Assembly: GCF_018350175.1 (NCBI RefSeq)
Contig: NC_058369.1
Location: forward strand, 28,150,001 to 28,214,000
Direction of reading: 5' to 3'
Length of the DNA stretch: 64,000 nucleotides
Source of the DNA: Felis catus
Taxonomy: Eukaryota
Below the pieces are notes generated by a model. It saw only the letters and a list, made by a program, of their open reading frames with translations. It was not told the origin of the DNA and did no database searches. Position numbers and translations under genes: made by a program. Below, piece by piece: positions 52,541 through 64,000 of the stretch (positions are counted from its first letter, which is position 1; each line of letters begins with the position of its first letter).

Positions 52541-52756
52541 CCCTCCCTCCCCTCCCCTCCCTCCCTGCAGCCTTCTTCACCTTCACCTTCTTCACTGCCT
52601 CCTTCACCACCTCCTTCTTCACCTTCTTCTTCTCCTCCTTCTCCTCCTCCTCCTCCTTCTTCTTCTTCCTCTCTCTCTCTCTTTCTCTCTCTCTCTCTAT
52701 ATATATATGTGTGTGTGTGTGTACGTGTATACACATACACAAATATATACACATAT
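52541..52756. repeat. Compound low-complexity tract (CCCT)n-(CTT/CCT)n-(CT)n-(TA)n-(TG)n
   Basis: Read directly. Confidence 0.93.
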
Positions 52757-53953
52757 GGGGCCTCGGTGTTCAAATTTAAATAAGGGGTGGAAAGTAACCC
52801 CTTTCACATAAATTTACTTTTGACCAAAAGGGGCAGTGATTTTCAAAAGATAAAGACATGGCCAAGTTCTCAAACTCTGAAACAAATCAATGCAAAGGAC
52901 AATATTCTACTAGCAATTAGGTAATCACAGGCTAAGATGATCAATGTTCATAATGCTTTTGTGAATACAGATATAGTTTTAGTCAATCTTACTTGGTTGT
53001 ATGTATAAAGCCCCCCAAAAATGGTAAGTTACTATTTTCATAATGTCTAGTAAAGGAGCAAATTGTTATAAGAGACACCACTACTGCACCCACTCCCAAA
53101 ATACTTCACTTTAAACAGGTAACAAAAATATGATGTAGGTATACCATAACATGAGACAGTAACTACCAAACTCAAATTGTGTGCCACATGTGTATTTCAT
53201 TTTCAAATAAAAAGTAACATTTATTCCTAACAACCCATCACTGATTTACCATAATTATCGCCATTTTAGAAAAATAGAAACTGAGACTTAAGAGAGCTGA
53301 ATTATTTTTCCAAGGTCAAAACCATGAATACTCAAGCCCAGAATACTCAAAACCTCTCATTCTCAACAGACTTGAACAGGGGGAGGAGTCCAGGCAGTGA
53401 TTTCAATCACGTCTCACTTGTTTTGCATAAAGAAAAATGTCATTCAAGTTTCACCTGTTCTCTTACTAATGTGCTAATATGGGTATTAACAACAGCTAGC
53501 TTTTTTTGCTCTAAGCCCTTCCCATGATTTAACTATTTCTGGAAACAACCCTATAAGGTAGGTATTATCATTACACTATTTTACAGGTGAGACAACAGTT
53601 ACCAAGGTATTAAGTAACTTGCATAGGTAGCAATTTCAGGTCTCTATCCAAGGCATTCTGGTCCCAGGGTCCATGCTTTGACTACTGTACTACATTAGTC
53701 TCAACCTCTGAAAATAAAAGCTAATTACAAAGCAAAGGAAAAGAAGTAAGAGATGCTGAGAGGCAATAAGCCTGATTCACTAACCTGAAAAGTACACCTT
53801 ACACTCAAACCCTCCTTGCATTTCCAAACTCAGGATTCCCTAGTGATTTCTAAGTGGAAAGTAATCTGGTGGGTCAACGGTCAGTGGACAGAATCAAATC
53901 GTGTTAAGTTGTTCACTAGAAACACGTTAAAAGACCTATTAAATCAACTCAGA

Positions 53954-54159
53954 GGGGTGCCTGGGTGGCTCAGTGGGTTAAGCGTCCAACTTCAGCTTCA
54001 GGTCATGATCTCACGGTTCCTAGGTTGGAGCCCCGCGTCAGGCTCTGTACTGATAGCTTACAGCCTAGAGCCTGCTTTGGGTTCTGTTCTCTTTCTCTGT
54101 CCCTCCTCTGTTCAAGCTCTCTGTCTCTCTCTCAAAATAAATACACAAACATTTAAGAA
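53954..54159 (+). mobile_element. CAN-SINE
   Basis: Head, CT tract, tail; TSD aaatcaactcaga / aaatcagctcaga. Confidence 0.96.
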
Positions 54160-55877
54160 AAATCAGCTCAGATCTGAAAGGTAAACAATGGCTTACTGAA
54201 ATATGATCTTAAAATTAAGCAACAACATAGTGAATTTACCTTCCAGGAAAGAAATGGATATAATTCATTAATGAGACGAAATAGCCAAATTGACACCCAG
54301 TTTTTTGCCACTCCCTATACGCTCCCCTCTCTCTTCCTTCAACTAGAAGCCCTACAGAAAGCAAAATTATAATAGAAGTGCTGACACAAAGAACCTTATA
54401 ATGTTTCAAACCCAAAGCTATAATTATATTTTCTAATTGTATACTGGCCGAAAGAAATGCCAACCAGAACAAAAACATAACTAGCTAGAAACAGTCTATC
54501 AGAATTCTCAGATTACAGAAAATGCATAGGAAACACTATTATCTTCAGCCACAGCCAGAAGATGTCAGACAATCAATTCATAAAACATGCCAGCTTAATA
54601 AAATCTGCATACAAAATTTATGAATGCAATAATATTCCTTTTTTATCACAAGTTATTAATGGTCAATTTAATGAACATCTACAGCTGGAATGCTTTGGTT
54701 CTGTATGATATTTTAATCATCTTTAGCCATAGATTTAAATGCATTTCATTTTATAACCATCAGCTTTTTGAGATAAGAAAGCCTTTACATAAGTATTGAC
54801 CTATTTGGGGTAGGTTACAAATTTCGTCTTTATCATTCTTGATTTCCTTAATATTTTTAAAAACAGAAACAAAACTAAATGTTGCAATACAATAATATTT
54901 GCTTTAATGTCTATGTTAGAACACAAAAGTTTTCCTGAAGTAGTGCTACACATTCAGGTACTTTAAAACCCCCTTCGATTTCCTTTCCAATAAAGAAATT
55001 TCCAATCTCGTTTACACAAAACAACCTTCCTCAAAGCCATTTGGAATTTAGAGGAGTGGAGGAAATAGAAGTCTTTTTTAGATAAATGGAAAACATGAAA
55101 TTTTGACGTAAGGACAAAAAGTACCTAGGGTGTGAATTTTAGATTTAAAATACTGACTTTCCACAACACATACATCTGTAGATGGTAGGCATTTTCTAAA
55201 CTTCTCTAATAAGTAGGATATGCATATATCCAGGAAGATCATGACTCATTACATTTCATTTTAAGCTTCTTGAATCTGCCTAAATTTTCTCATCTTATCA
55301 GACAAGCCAATGTATGCTTATACTGTGAGGTTAAAGCAATGAACTTATGAAGTGAACCTGTCAAATCAAATTATCAACAAGCAATAGTCCCACTATTGGG
55401 GAGTATCTAAGTTTCAATGTCAATTTTATAGAAGTGTGCTTACATTTGCATCTTAATTAGATCACACCTTCAACATCATAATAATTTTGGTTTAATGCTC
55501 TATTTTATTACCATTTCCAAAATGATGTTTTTAAATGTGGGTAGCAAGAAAAAGCCCCTACTTTTATTTTGACAAAACTCATAAATATTGAGCTTCAAAC
55601 AGTATGAACAGGAATATGATTGTGTCTAAAATTCTAAATATTTAGAACTGGATTTAAAAAAACCTTCCAAAAGCAAATTATTCAAGTCTTAGTTAGGAAC
55701 AAAATGGAAAGTTGGATGGAACATGAAATTTAGGTTCTTCTGAGTGACCAAAAGCTAAACATCCATGCCTTTAAGAAAAAAAGAAAGAGTAAAGGTCATT
55801 TTGGTTAAGACTCTCATTATAATTCAGACATAATCTGCATTGTTTATTTGGAAGAGGTGGGAGGAACTAGACAGAAT

Positions 55878-55892
55878 TTTAAGTTTATATAT

Positions 55893-55942
<50 letters not shown>

Positions 55943-56068
55943 AGAGGGAATTCCAAGCAGGATCCTCGCTGTCAATGTGGAGCCTGATGTTGGGCTTGAA
56001 CTATGAGATCATGACGTGAGCCAAAGTCGAGAGTCAGATGATTAACCAACTGAGCTACCCAGGCACCC
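55878..56068 (-). mobile_element. CAN-SINE with expanded (GA)n tract (55896-55939)
   Basis: Reverse SINEC head ...aaccaactgagctacccaggcaccc. Confidence 0.93.
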
Positions 56069-56089
56069 TAGAACGAGACAAATGTTTAA

Positions 56090-56372
56090 CTATGATAAAA
56101 CCCATCAATTTAACCTTTCTCAGGTATAAAATCCAATGTTATTTAGTACATTCATGATGTTGTGTCACCCGCACTATGTTTCAAGAATGTTTGCATCATC
56201 TGAAAAGGAAACCCAGTACCCATTCAGCACCCATTCCACCTCTACCACCAGCCCCAGGAAAACAATTAATCTCCTTTCTATCTCCATAAATTCACCTGCC
56301 CTGGATATTTTATTTAACTAGAATCATAAAATATGTGGTCTTTATGTCTGGCTTCTTTCACTTAGCATATGG
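56090..56372 (-). mobile_element. L1M 3' UTR fragment
   Basis: tttagtacattcatgatgttgtg...gaatcataaaatatgtggtctttatgtctggcttctttcacttagcata. Confidence 0.8.
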
Positions 56373-57350
56373 GTTCAAATATATTTAAGTAACAATACTG
56401 GGAAAGAAGAAACAGCCAAGTTCTTCATTTCTCATTTTTTTCCCACTCTTCTTATTCCAAAATTATTCCAAAAAGTGTTTGAGGCTTTGTGTTTATTTTT
56501 CATGAGATAAAGAAATATATATTTCCATATCCTAATTTTTCTAAACTGAAAAGCCAATGATAAATATCAATTTAAATTAAAAAGTCAACCCATTATTGAC
56601 ATCAGAATTAGATTCCATAAAAGCACAAAAGAAAACCTAAAAACATGGAGATCTACGTTGTTTTCATGGCTGGGGAAACCCAAGATCGCCAATATGTCAA
56701 ATTTCCCTAAATTAATCTACTTATCTAATGCCATTCCTTTAAAAAAATCTCAATAGGTTTTTTCCATACAACTTGAAAATATGGAGGAAAAAATTACTTG
56801 AAAGAGTCAAAAGAGCAAAAATTAGCCATAAAAAGGGATGCAAAGTAAAGAATAACTCACCCTTCTAGACATAAAGATACCCTTTTTAACCATAGTACTT
56901 GAAGCACTATCTAACTGAAACGCCAAGAAAACAACTGGAATTGGGCAGGCAAGAAGGGGACACACATAGATGTCAAGAAAAAATAGACTGGAACACTGGC
57001 TATTTATATAAGGGAAAGTGGGCTGATAATTCACACCACAGACAAAAAATATCTAGATGATATCAAGGCATTTATGAAAAAGATTAAAAAAAACAATTTT
57101 AGATAAAAATTATAGGAAAATACCACTATGACCTCAGGATTGGGAAAGATTCCTTGAGCTAGATCCAAATGCATAGATCATAAATGAAAATATAATAAAA
57201 TTTAACTACAGCTAAAATTTTTTGATTATCAAAAGATGTACACACACCCCCACTAAAGATCCAAACCAAAATTCAGAATATATTTTGAAATACATATAAT
57301 CACAAAGAAATTTAACCTAGAAAATATTTTTAAAAATTACTAAAAAAATA

Positions 57351-57568
57351 GGGGCGCCTGGGTGGATCCGTCGGTTAAGTGTCCGACTTTGGCTTAGGTC
57401 ATGATCTCACAGTCCATGAGTTCGAGCCCCGCGTTGGGCTCTGTGCTGACAGCTCAGAGTCTGGAGCCTGCTTCGGATTCTATGTCTCCCTCTCTCTCCG
57501 ACCCTCCCCCGTCATGCTCTGTCTCTCTCTGTCTCAAAAATAAAAATAAACGTTAAAAAATTTTTTTT
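57351..57568 (+). mobile_element. CAN-SINE
   Basis: Full length; aattactaaaaaa on both flanks. Confidence 0.97.
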
Positions 57569-57690
57569 AATTACTAAAAAATAATGACCCAATGAAAGAA
57601 ATAGGAAAGCATGCACATAGGTGAATGATAAAAGGCACCTCCAGAAAACAAACGAAAAAGTGAGGGAAATGACAATTAAAACAATAATTA

Positions 57691-57866
57691 AGAGCACCTC
57701 AGTGGTTCAGTCAGTTAAGCATTTGACTCTTGATTTTGGCTCCATGATCTCATGGTCATGAGATGGAGACCCACGCCATCACTGTCAGCGCAGAGCCTGC
57801 CTGGGATCCTCTCTCTGCCCCTGCCCCGCTCACACACTTTCTCAAAATAAATAAACATTAAAAAAG
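57691..57866 (+). mobile_element. CAN-SINE, older
   Basis: gcacctcagtggttcagtcagttaagcatttgactcttgat head; acaataatta on both flanks. Confidence 0.9.
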
Positions 57867-58423
57867 ACAATAATTAGATAATATTTTGTATCTACCAAAG
57901 CAGCAAACACTTAAAAAATATACTAACATGATGAAAATGGGAATTCTCACACCTTTGTACAGGGTGTTCACTGATAAAATCACTTAATTGGGATTGCAAG
58001 ACTATTCTCCAAAAGTTGAAGAACTGCATTCTTTCCAACATGGAAATTGCACTGCTAGGTAAATATTCTACAGAGATCCACTCACCAGTGTACCAGGAGA
58101 TACATAAAAGGGATATTCATTTTACATTGTCTTAATGGGAAAAAAATAGCAACACTCCAAATAGGAAATTAACTTGTCATGTATTTAGAGAATGGAATAC
58201 AACACAGTAAGCAAAAGAATTAGATCTTCATTCACTAATGTGACTATATCTTGAAAACAATGCTGAATGAAAGAAATTAAAGATGTACAGAAGGGCATGG
58301 TCTATAAAAAACTTTAAACAAGCTACACTCTTTGCTTTGCAGAGACACAGACACACGTAAGAAACACATAGAGCTCAGCAGGTAGGAAACATACCAGTGT
58401 CAGGTTAGTAGATACTTCTAAAG

Positions 58424-58622
58424 CAGAAGGTCTCAAAAGGGGATGATTTTGCGTCCCAAGCCTATGAGGCGATAATATGTGGAGACACTTTGACTGTCAC
58501 AAGCAGGAAAAGGTGTGCTATCGCATCTAGCAGGCAGAGGCCAGAACTGCAGCTAAATATCCTATGGTGCCCAGGACAGCCCACAAGAAAGAATGATCTG
58601 GCATCAGGATTGAAAAACCCAG
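58424..58622 (+). mobile_element. MER20-like hAT MITE
   Basis: ggatgattttgc...ggagacactttgactgtcacaa...catctagcaggcagaggccag...caggacagcccacaagaaagaatgatctggc; 8-bp flanks ttctaaag / ctctagag. Confidence 0.88.
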
Positions 58623-59284
58623 CTCTAGAGAGAGGAGGAGGAGAATAAGATCAGAGTTAGGGACGTGGGGTATATCTATAACTTTTTACTTGAAAAAAAA
58701 AAAAGATCTGAAGCACATATGCAAATACGTTAATTAAAAAAAATCTGTGTAGCACATTATTCCTGTACATTTTTCTATTTGAAAGATCACTCAAATTAAA
58801 AAAAAATAATAATTCAACAAATAGGCAACTTCCACATTTGATGGGGTTTACATAGCTCTTTCATCGGCATATTTCTGGATATGTATTTTTGGAAAAATAT
58901 TCTCACACTCATGATCAAACTTTATTCGCACATTTTTTTTTTCCTGGTGTTTGTTCTATACAGAGCTATGTAAGTAACGTGGTGGAGGAACTCGAGATTT
59001 ATCTATTCTATCACAGTTTCAGGCAAGAACATTCTAAAACCATACCAGAGAGAGCTAATTTAGTCCTTTCCTTTTTACAGCATATTATAACAATTCAAGT
59101 CATTTTTCTGATGAAGCTGATGGTCTAACAGGTGGATCTGCATCACACCTGCCACCACACTTCCTTAACTAGATAGGTCCTGGTGCGAATTTCTCCCCGC
59201 CTGGGAGAATTCCCTGGGAGCTCCTTGAAAATGCTTTGAGATCAGTTGGTGCACAATTTTATTTTTTCATGTAGTTTCTTAGTG

Positions 59285-59501
59285 CAAGGGTTGGCAAACA
59301 TTTTCTGTAAAGGGACAGAGAGTAAATGTTTCAGGCTCTGTGGGCCATATGGTCTCTGTCACAACTACTCAACTCGGCTACCGCAGCAAAGAAGCAGCCA
59401 CAGACACTCATAAAGGAACGATTGTGGCTATGTTCCAAGAAAACGTTAGTTACAGAGACAGACAGGGGATTTGGCTCCAGGCCATGGTTTGTGCACACCT
59501 G
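59285..59501 (+). mobile_element. MER58A-like hAT MITE
   Basis: gggttggcaaacattttctgtaaagggacag...gggccatatggtctctgtcacaactactcaactc. Confidence 0.9.
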
Positions 59502-61179
59502 GAGGGTCAGCAAAAATGATAGGACTTTAAAATGCTACTTTAAATTTAAGGCATCTCTAGAATCTTCTCTGGAAGTACAATGTTGCATACATTTTAATGG
59601 TTATAGAAATTTTACTCAATTAAAAATGAATTAATAAATATCAAACAACCCCATTAATGACCAAAAAAATGTTAAGTTTTTGGATTCACAGTATATAACT
59701 TCTTTCTGGAATTATGCTTTATGATCTGATTTGCTCAATTACTAATTATAATTGGCTCCATTTGTTTAAATTATGCTATTAATGATTCTTTGTGGTAAAA
59801 TAAATACATATATCTTATCTTCAATTTGACTACCAGGTTGGAATGACAAGGACAGTAAAACTATACTCACTGCACAAATAATAGCTTTCTATTAGGTTTG
59901 CCATTTCACCTGAATAATTCCTTATAATCATGAATAATGATGTTATTCAACAACCTAATGATATCATGGTATGTAGCTTCAATCCATCTGTCTTTGTCAA
60001 GAAGGTCAAATATTTGTATTCCACTGCGCTAGACAAAGATGAACCAACAGTTACACAATATCATGCCCCCTAATTTTTTCTCCAAATGAAACCAGCAAGT
60101 AGAGTCTAGGATCTATGCACTATGCATCTACTTCAAAGAAATTTAACACCTACTCATTTTTTCACAAAGTTTAGGCTCAACTTTAAAAAAAATAAATAAA
60201 TAAAATGGTTTCAATTCAAGGAAAAATCCCCAACATTGTCTAAGGATCTTCTTAATGGGTTGTTGCTGAGAACTTACTCTGCAAATAGAGGTTTGTAACA
60301 ATCACAATATTCCAGGAACTTTTATATTACAAAGGAATCTGAAATAATGCAGTGTGATACCTTGAAATTGATACTGAAGGTAAAAACAAGGCAAAAAACA
60401 AAACAAAACAAAAACAAAGCAACACATGACGGATCTGAACTATAGCATCAATCAAGAAATGCTTGCTCGTGTTTGCCTTGAAGAATCTATAACTTCTGGA
60501 AAACAATGTGAGATGACTAATACAGATGAACACGCCTCATTCATGGGCTCAGACCTGAGCCCTTGAAGATGGAGGTTGGTGAACACAGCAAGGTATGATG
60601 TGGGGACACTAAGCAACACCTCAGCAAAAGAGTCCAGGTATAGGTCTTTTTCCTTCTTTACATCTCACCAAAGATTGTGCGCTGCCCTAAGATCAAGTCC
60701 CTAAAAGGCTCCATTAATCTGATGCCAAGCTCCTGGGTTTTCCCTCTTCCTCACCAGGCTTCACTCTCATAAGCTCTCTTTCTGTTTTTTAAACATTCTT
60801 GAGCATGCCAACTCGTTTCTGCCCCAGGGTTTTTGTTCTTGTTTCCCTCCATCTGGAATTCTCTGCCACTGTCCTTCATGGACCTGCTGTCCCCTTGTTA
60901 GTTCCTAGATCACATGTCACTTCCAAAGAAAAGCCTTCCCTGACCACCCTGTCCGGGTAGTCTGTTCTATTTTATTTATAATATAAACTAATGTTGTTTA
61001 TGATTGCTGGGTTTATGGCTATGGGTTTCATCTTCTACTGTCAGCCTCTGCACACAAGAATAAAAGACCCTTAATCTATTCATGTTCATATATCCAGGGG
61101 CAGGCACATACTAAACACCAAATAATTATTACACAATAAATGAACATACTCATTCACAATAGACAACAATATGTCTAAT

Positions 61180-61384
61180 GTGAGGTCTGCAAAACTATGG
61201 CCCAAGGGCCAAACCAGCCTAACACCTGTGTTTGTAAATAAAGTTTACAGCCATACTCATTCATTTACCTATTGTTTATGGCAGCTTTCACACTAAAGCA
61301 TAGTTGACTAATTGCAACAAAGACCGAGTAGCCCAGAAAATATTGACTATCTGTTCCTTTATGAAAAAAGTCTGCTGACTCCTC
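61180..61384 (-). mobile_element. MER58-like hAT MITE
   Basis: aaactatggcccaagggccaaa...tttgtaaataaagttt...ctcattcatttacctattg; opposite orientation to the 59285 copy. Confidence 0.85.
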
Positions 61385-61664
61385 GTCTAGCATGCAGTAT
61401 ACTGCCTTTCAAGGTATTACAGTCCACTGCATGTTTTTATCCCAACACTCTTGAATTAAAATCCTATAGCCAAAACGAAAGCTCCTTCAAAGCTGAAATT
61501 GTCACCTATCAAGAGCTTTACTTGGTGATCCACTCATTAGGTCAGCTGGTTGAAGGCTTGGCAAGAAGGACCCCAAGGCAGGTCTAGAACAGGTCAGTGA
61601 GAGCAATGGTGTAAAGAGTCATCTGGAGCTTTACTGTTTAACACAGTTGCCACTAGGATCTGTT

Positions 61665-61816
61665 GCTATTTAAACGAATCAAATGAAGTTAAACATTTTG
61701 TTCCTTGGTCACACTAGCCACATCTCAAGTACTCAGGAGCCACATGTGACTACCGTATTGACTGAAGCAGATCTATAGGACTTTTTCATCACGGAAAGTT
61801 CTAGTATACAGAGCTG
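61665..61816. mobile_element. MER3-like hAT MITE fragment
   Basis: gtcacactagccacatctcaagtactc...gccacatgtg...taccgtattg...gaaagttcta. Confidence 0.8.
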
Positions 61817-63422
61817 GTCTAAAGGTTCAAAAAATGTCCACCCAACATGTCAGGAGTAGCTTGAGTTCCTTGGATGCTGTAAGGGAAGCCATGGATCATA
61901 TGGACACATCTCCTAGGGAAATGACCCCTGAATAGCACAAAGGAAAGCTAAACTATGTTTAAAAAGAAAAAAAAAATAGTATTCTGAAAACAGAATACAT
62001 TCTGCTCTCAGTATAGTCCCTTATTTGTAAGATGGGAACAACAACAACAAAAAAAGATTTCTTTGGGTTTTTCTGAAGAGTTAACATAAATAAAGCACTA
62101 ACAGTAACAGTGCCTGGCCCCTAGGAAGTACTGTACAATCACTGGGGTTTTTTGTTTGTTTGTTTGTTTGTTTTGTTTTGTTTTAACATTGTCTCTAGCA
62201 GCTAGCACAGGATTTGGCACATAGCAGGTGACATTCAATATCTACTGAACTGAACAAGAATTGAAGTGAACTAGACTCTGAGTCAGAGGTACTAACAAGC
62301 TAATTTGTGGAGTTAGCAGGCAGAAAACTGACTCATTCATCTAAGAACAAGCCATTCTGAGAAACAGGCTGGTCCCTGAGAAACCATTTCTCATCACCCT
62401 TTACAAGGGATGACAACCTAATATGATCCAAGGAGCCAGATTTCAATATACATTTAGTGTTTTTTGATAACTTGTTATAGACAGCCACGGTGTATCTTAT
62501 TTGAGTTATAAAGATTTAGAAACACAAAATTTAAACAATTCAAGCTAAAGCCTTCCAGATGCCATACTTCCAGATGCTATAGTACTCAGTTCTATAGTTA
62601 TTTCTAAGAAATTCCAGCTAACCTACATTGTTACCACCTCTCTTGAGCATGATTAATTTCTGCATTTTGTTTCACTAAACGTCAAGTGTCCAGCTCATTG
62701 CCCAACCTTTGGCTCATGGATATACATCACAAGTGTCAGGGATGATTGGCTTGTTTTAAATTCCAATTCCTGGATCTTACATTCAACTTTATAGATAAGG
62801 GTAGAGGATTCAGGGCACAATCTGCAAATCTGCTTTTTAACTGACACTTCAAGTGAATTTTTGTCCTGGAATCTAAGTTATTTTAGATCAAGGTTGCATT
62901 TACCCGTAATAAGAAGAAACACAAAGCAGCTAAATACTTTTAGAGTCACTGTTGTTTTTTTTATTTTTTGCAAAGATAAGAAAGCAATCATACATGTTTT
63001 ACTCACACTTATCCATATAGCTGTATATTACCTGGATACACACACCATACTTGTAGGTACAAAGAATTCAAAGAAATCTAAGATGGGAGTTTCTTTGCCA
63101 TGAAGAAGCTTCTTCGATAAAGTGTGTACCCATAAATGATATAAACAATGGACTATGATATATGATTGAGAGCTCAGTCAGTAGAGGGTAATAACATTTC
63201 AGAGGAAAAAGCAATCAAGCCAGTCTAGGTGCCAGTAATGTAAAAAATGGCTGCCTCTGGATGAGGCAGGAAAAAAGTGATAGTAGATGTTAAACTCAGT
63301 GGGTTTCCCAAGACCTTGCTCTTCTCTCAAAAGCTTCAATTTTAGAACATAAAAAGGCAAAAGCAACAACTACAGCCTTTCTAGTTATTAACCCAAGCAG
63401 CCTCACAAGATAGCCAGAAGTC

Positions 63423-63737
63423 CAGCTGACCCTTGAGAAACACAAGTCCATTTATACCCAGGTTTTTTATATTATAGTACTACAAATGTATTTTCTCTTC
63501 CTTATAATTTTCTTAATAACTTTTTATTTTCTCTGGCTTACTTTATTGTAAGAATACAGTATATAATACTTATTCAAAATCTGGGTTCATCGATTGTTCA
63601 TGTTATTGGTAAAGCTTCCAGTCAACAGCAGGCTATTAGAAGTTAACTTTGGGAGGCATCCAAAATTCTGCACAGATTTTCAGCTGCGTAGGGAGGGTTG
63701 GTACCCCTAACCCTCACATTGTTCAAAGGTCAACTAT
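63423..63737 (-). mobile_element. Tigger1-derived MITE
   Basis: Termini cagctgacccttga ... ttgttcaaaggtcaacta; interior is the reverse complement of the 37300 element. Confidence 0.88.
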
Positions 63738-64000
63738 AGGAGTATCTGAGTGGTCACTGAGGAATGACACTTTGGGGCACCATGAACTGAGCCAGCACGC
63801 GGCCCCCATATCTAAGAAGCTGTCCTGGAAAACCTTGCACAGAGCTGTATGCACTTATCTTCCCCTGGCATCAGTAGTGAAAAACAACTGGCTGATCTCC
63901 TCACTTGACATCTAATCAGATACTTGATCCTGAAGTTACTTTTCTCATGGTTTAGGTCTTACTCCTCTGATGATCCTGTAAAGTTCTGGAAAGAAGGGTA

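Larger units (their letters stand above)
56620..58800 (+). mobile_element. Old L1 ORF2 3' half and UTR, degenerate, with two SINEs and a MER20-like element nested
   Basis: atggagatctacgttgttttcatggctgggg...aatatgtcaaatttccctaaattaatctac...aatgccattcc aligns by eye to ORF2 motif WRDIPCSWIG...KMSILPKLIY.FNAIP; A-rich. Confidence 0.8.

Noticed and set aside
59930..60566. Two short ATG ORFs of about 46-47 aa on the plus strand
   Set aside because: Length within chance expectation; no splice, promoter or homology support.

Overview
Repeat-rich, AT-rich, non-coding mammalian DNA, most likely from a cat-family (felid) genome: it carries more than 20 tRNA-derived carnivore SINEs (CAN-SINE/SINEC), five of them young and CpG-intact. 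I recognise no protein-coding exon, RNA gene or host gene. The listed ORFs are explained by SINEs, microsatellites, LTRs or chance. Other content: L1 fragments, MIRs, MLT1-type LTRs, hAT and Tigger MITEs, and a complete solo LTR with a 5-bp target-site duplication (TSD). The most unusual structures are: (1) a 0.9-kb ERV remnant (one LTR, tRNA-Glu primer-binding site, leader) bounded by TG...CA and a direct repeat; (2) two SINEs plus an 81-bp spacer inside a single TSD; (3) a perfect 81-bp tandem duplication of an AATAAA-plus-poly(A) unit; (4) a CCTGCAGG-anchored minisatellite inside an old LTR. A few exon-like segments suggest, but do not prove, a minus-strand host transcript. I see no evidence for a new multi-gene system. 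Repeat family names come from recalled consensus sequences, not a database search, and boundaries of old elements are approximate.
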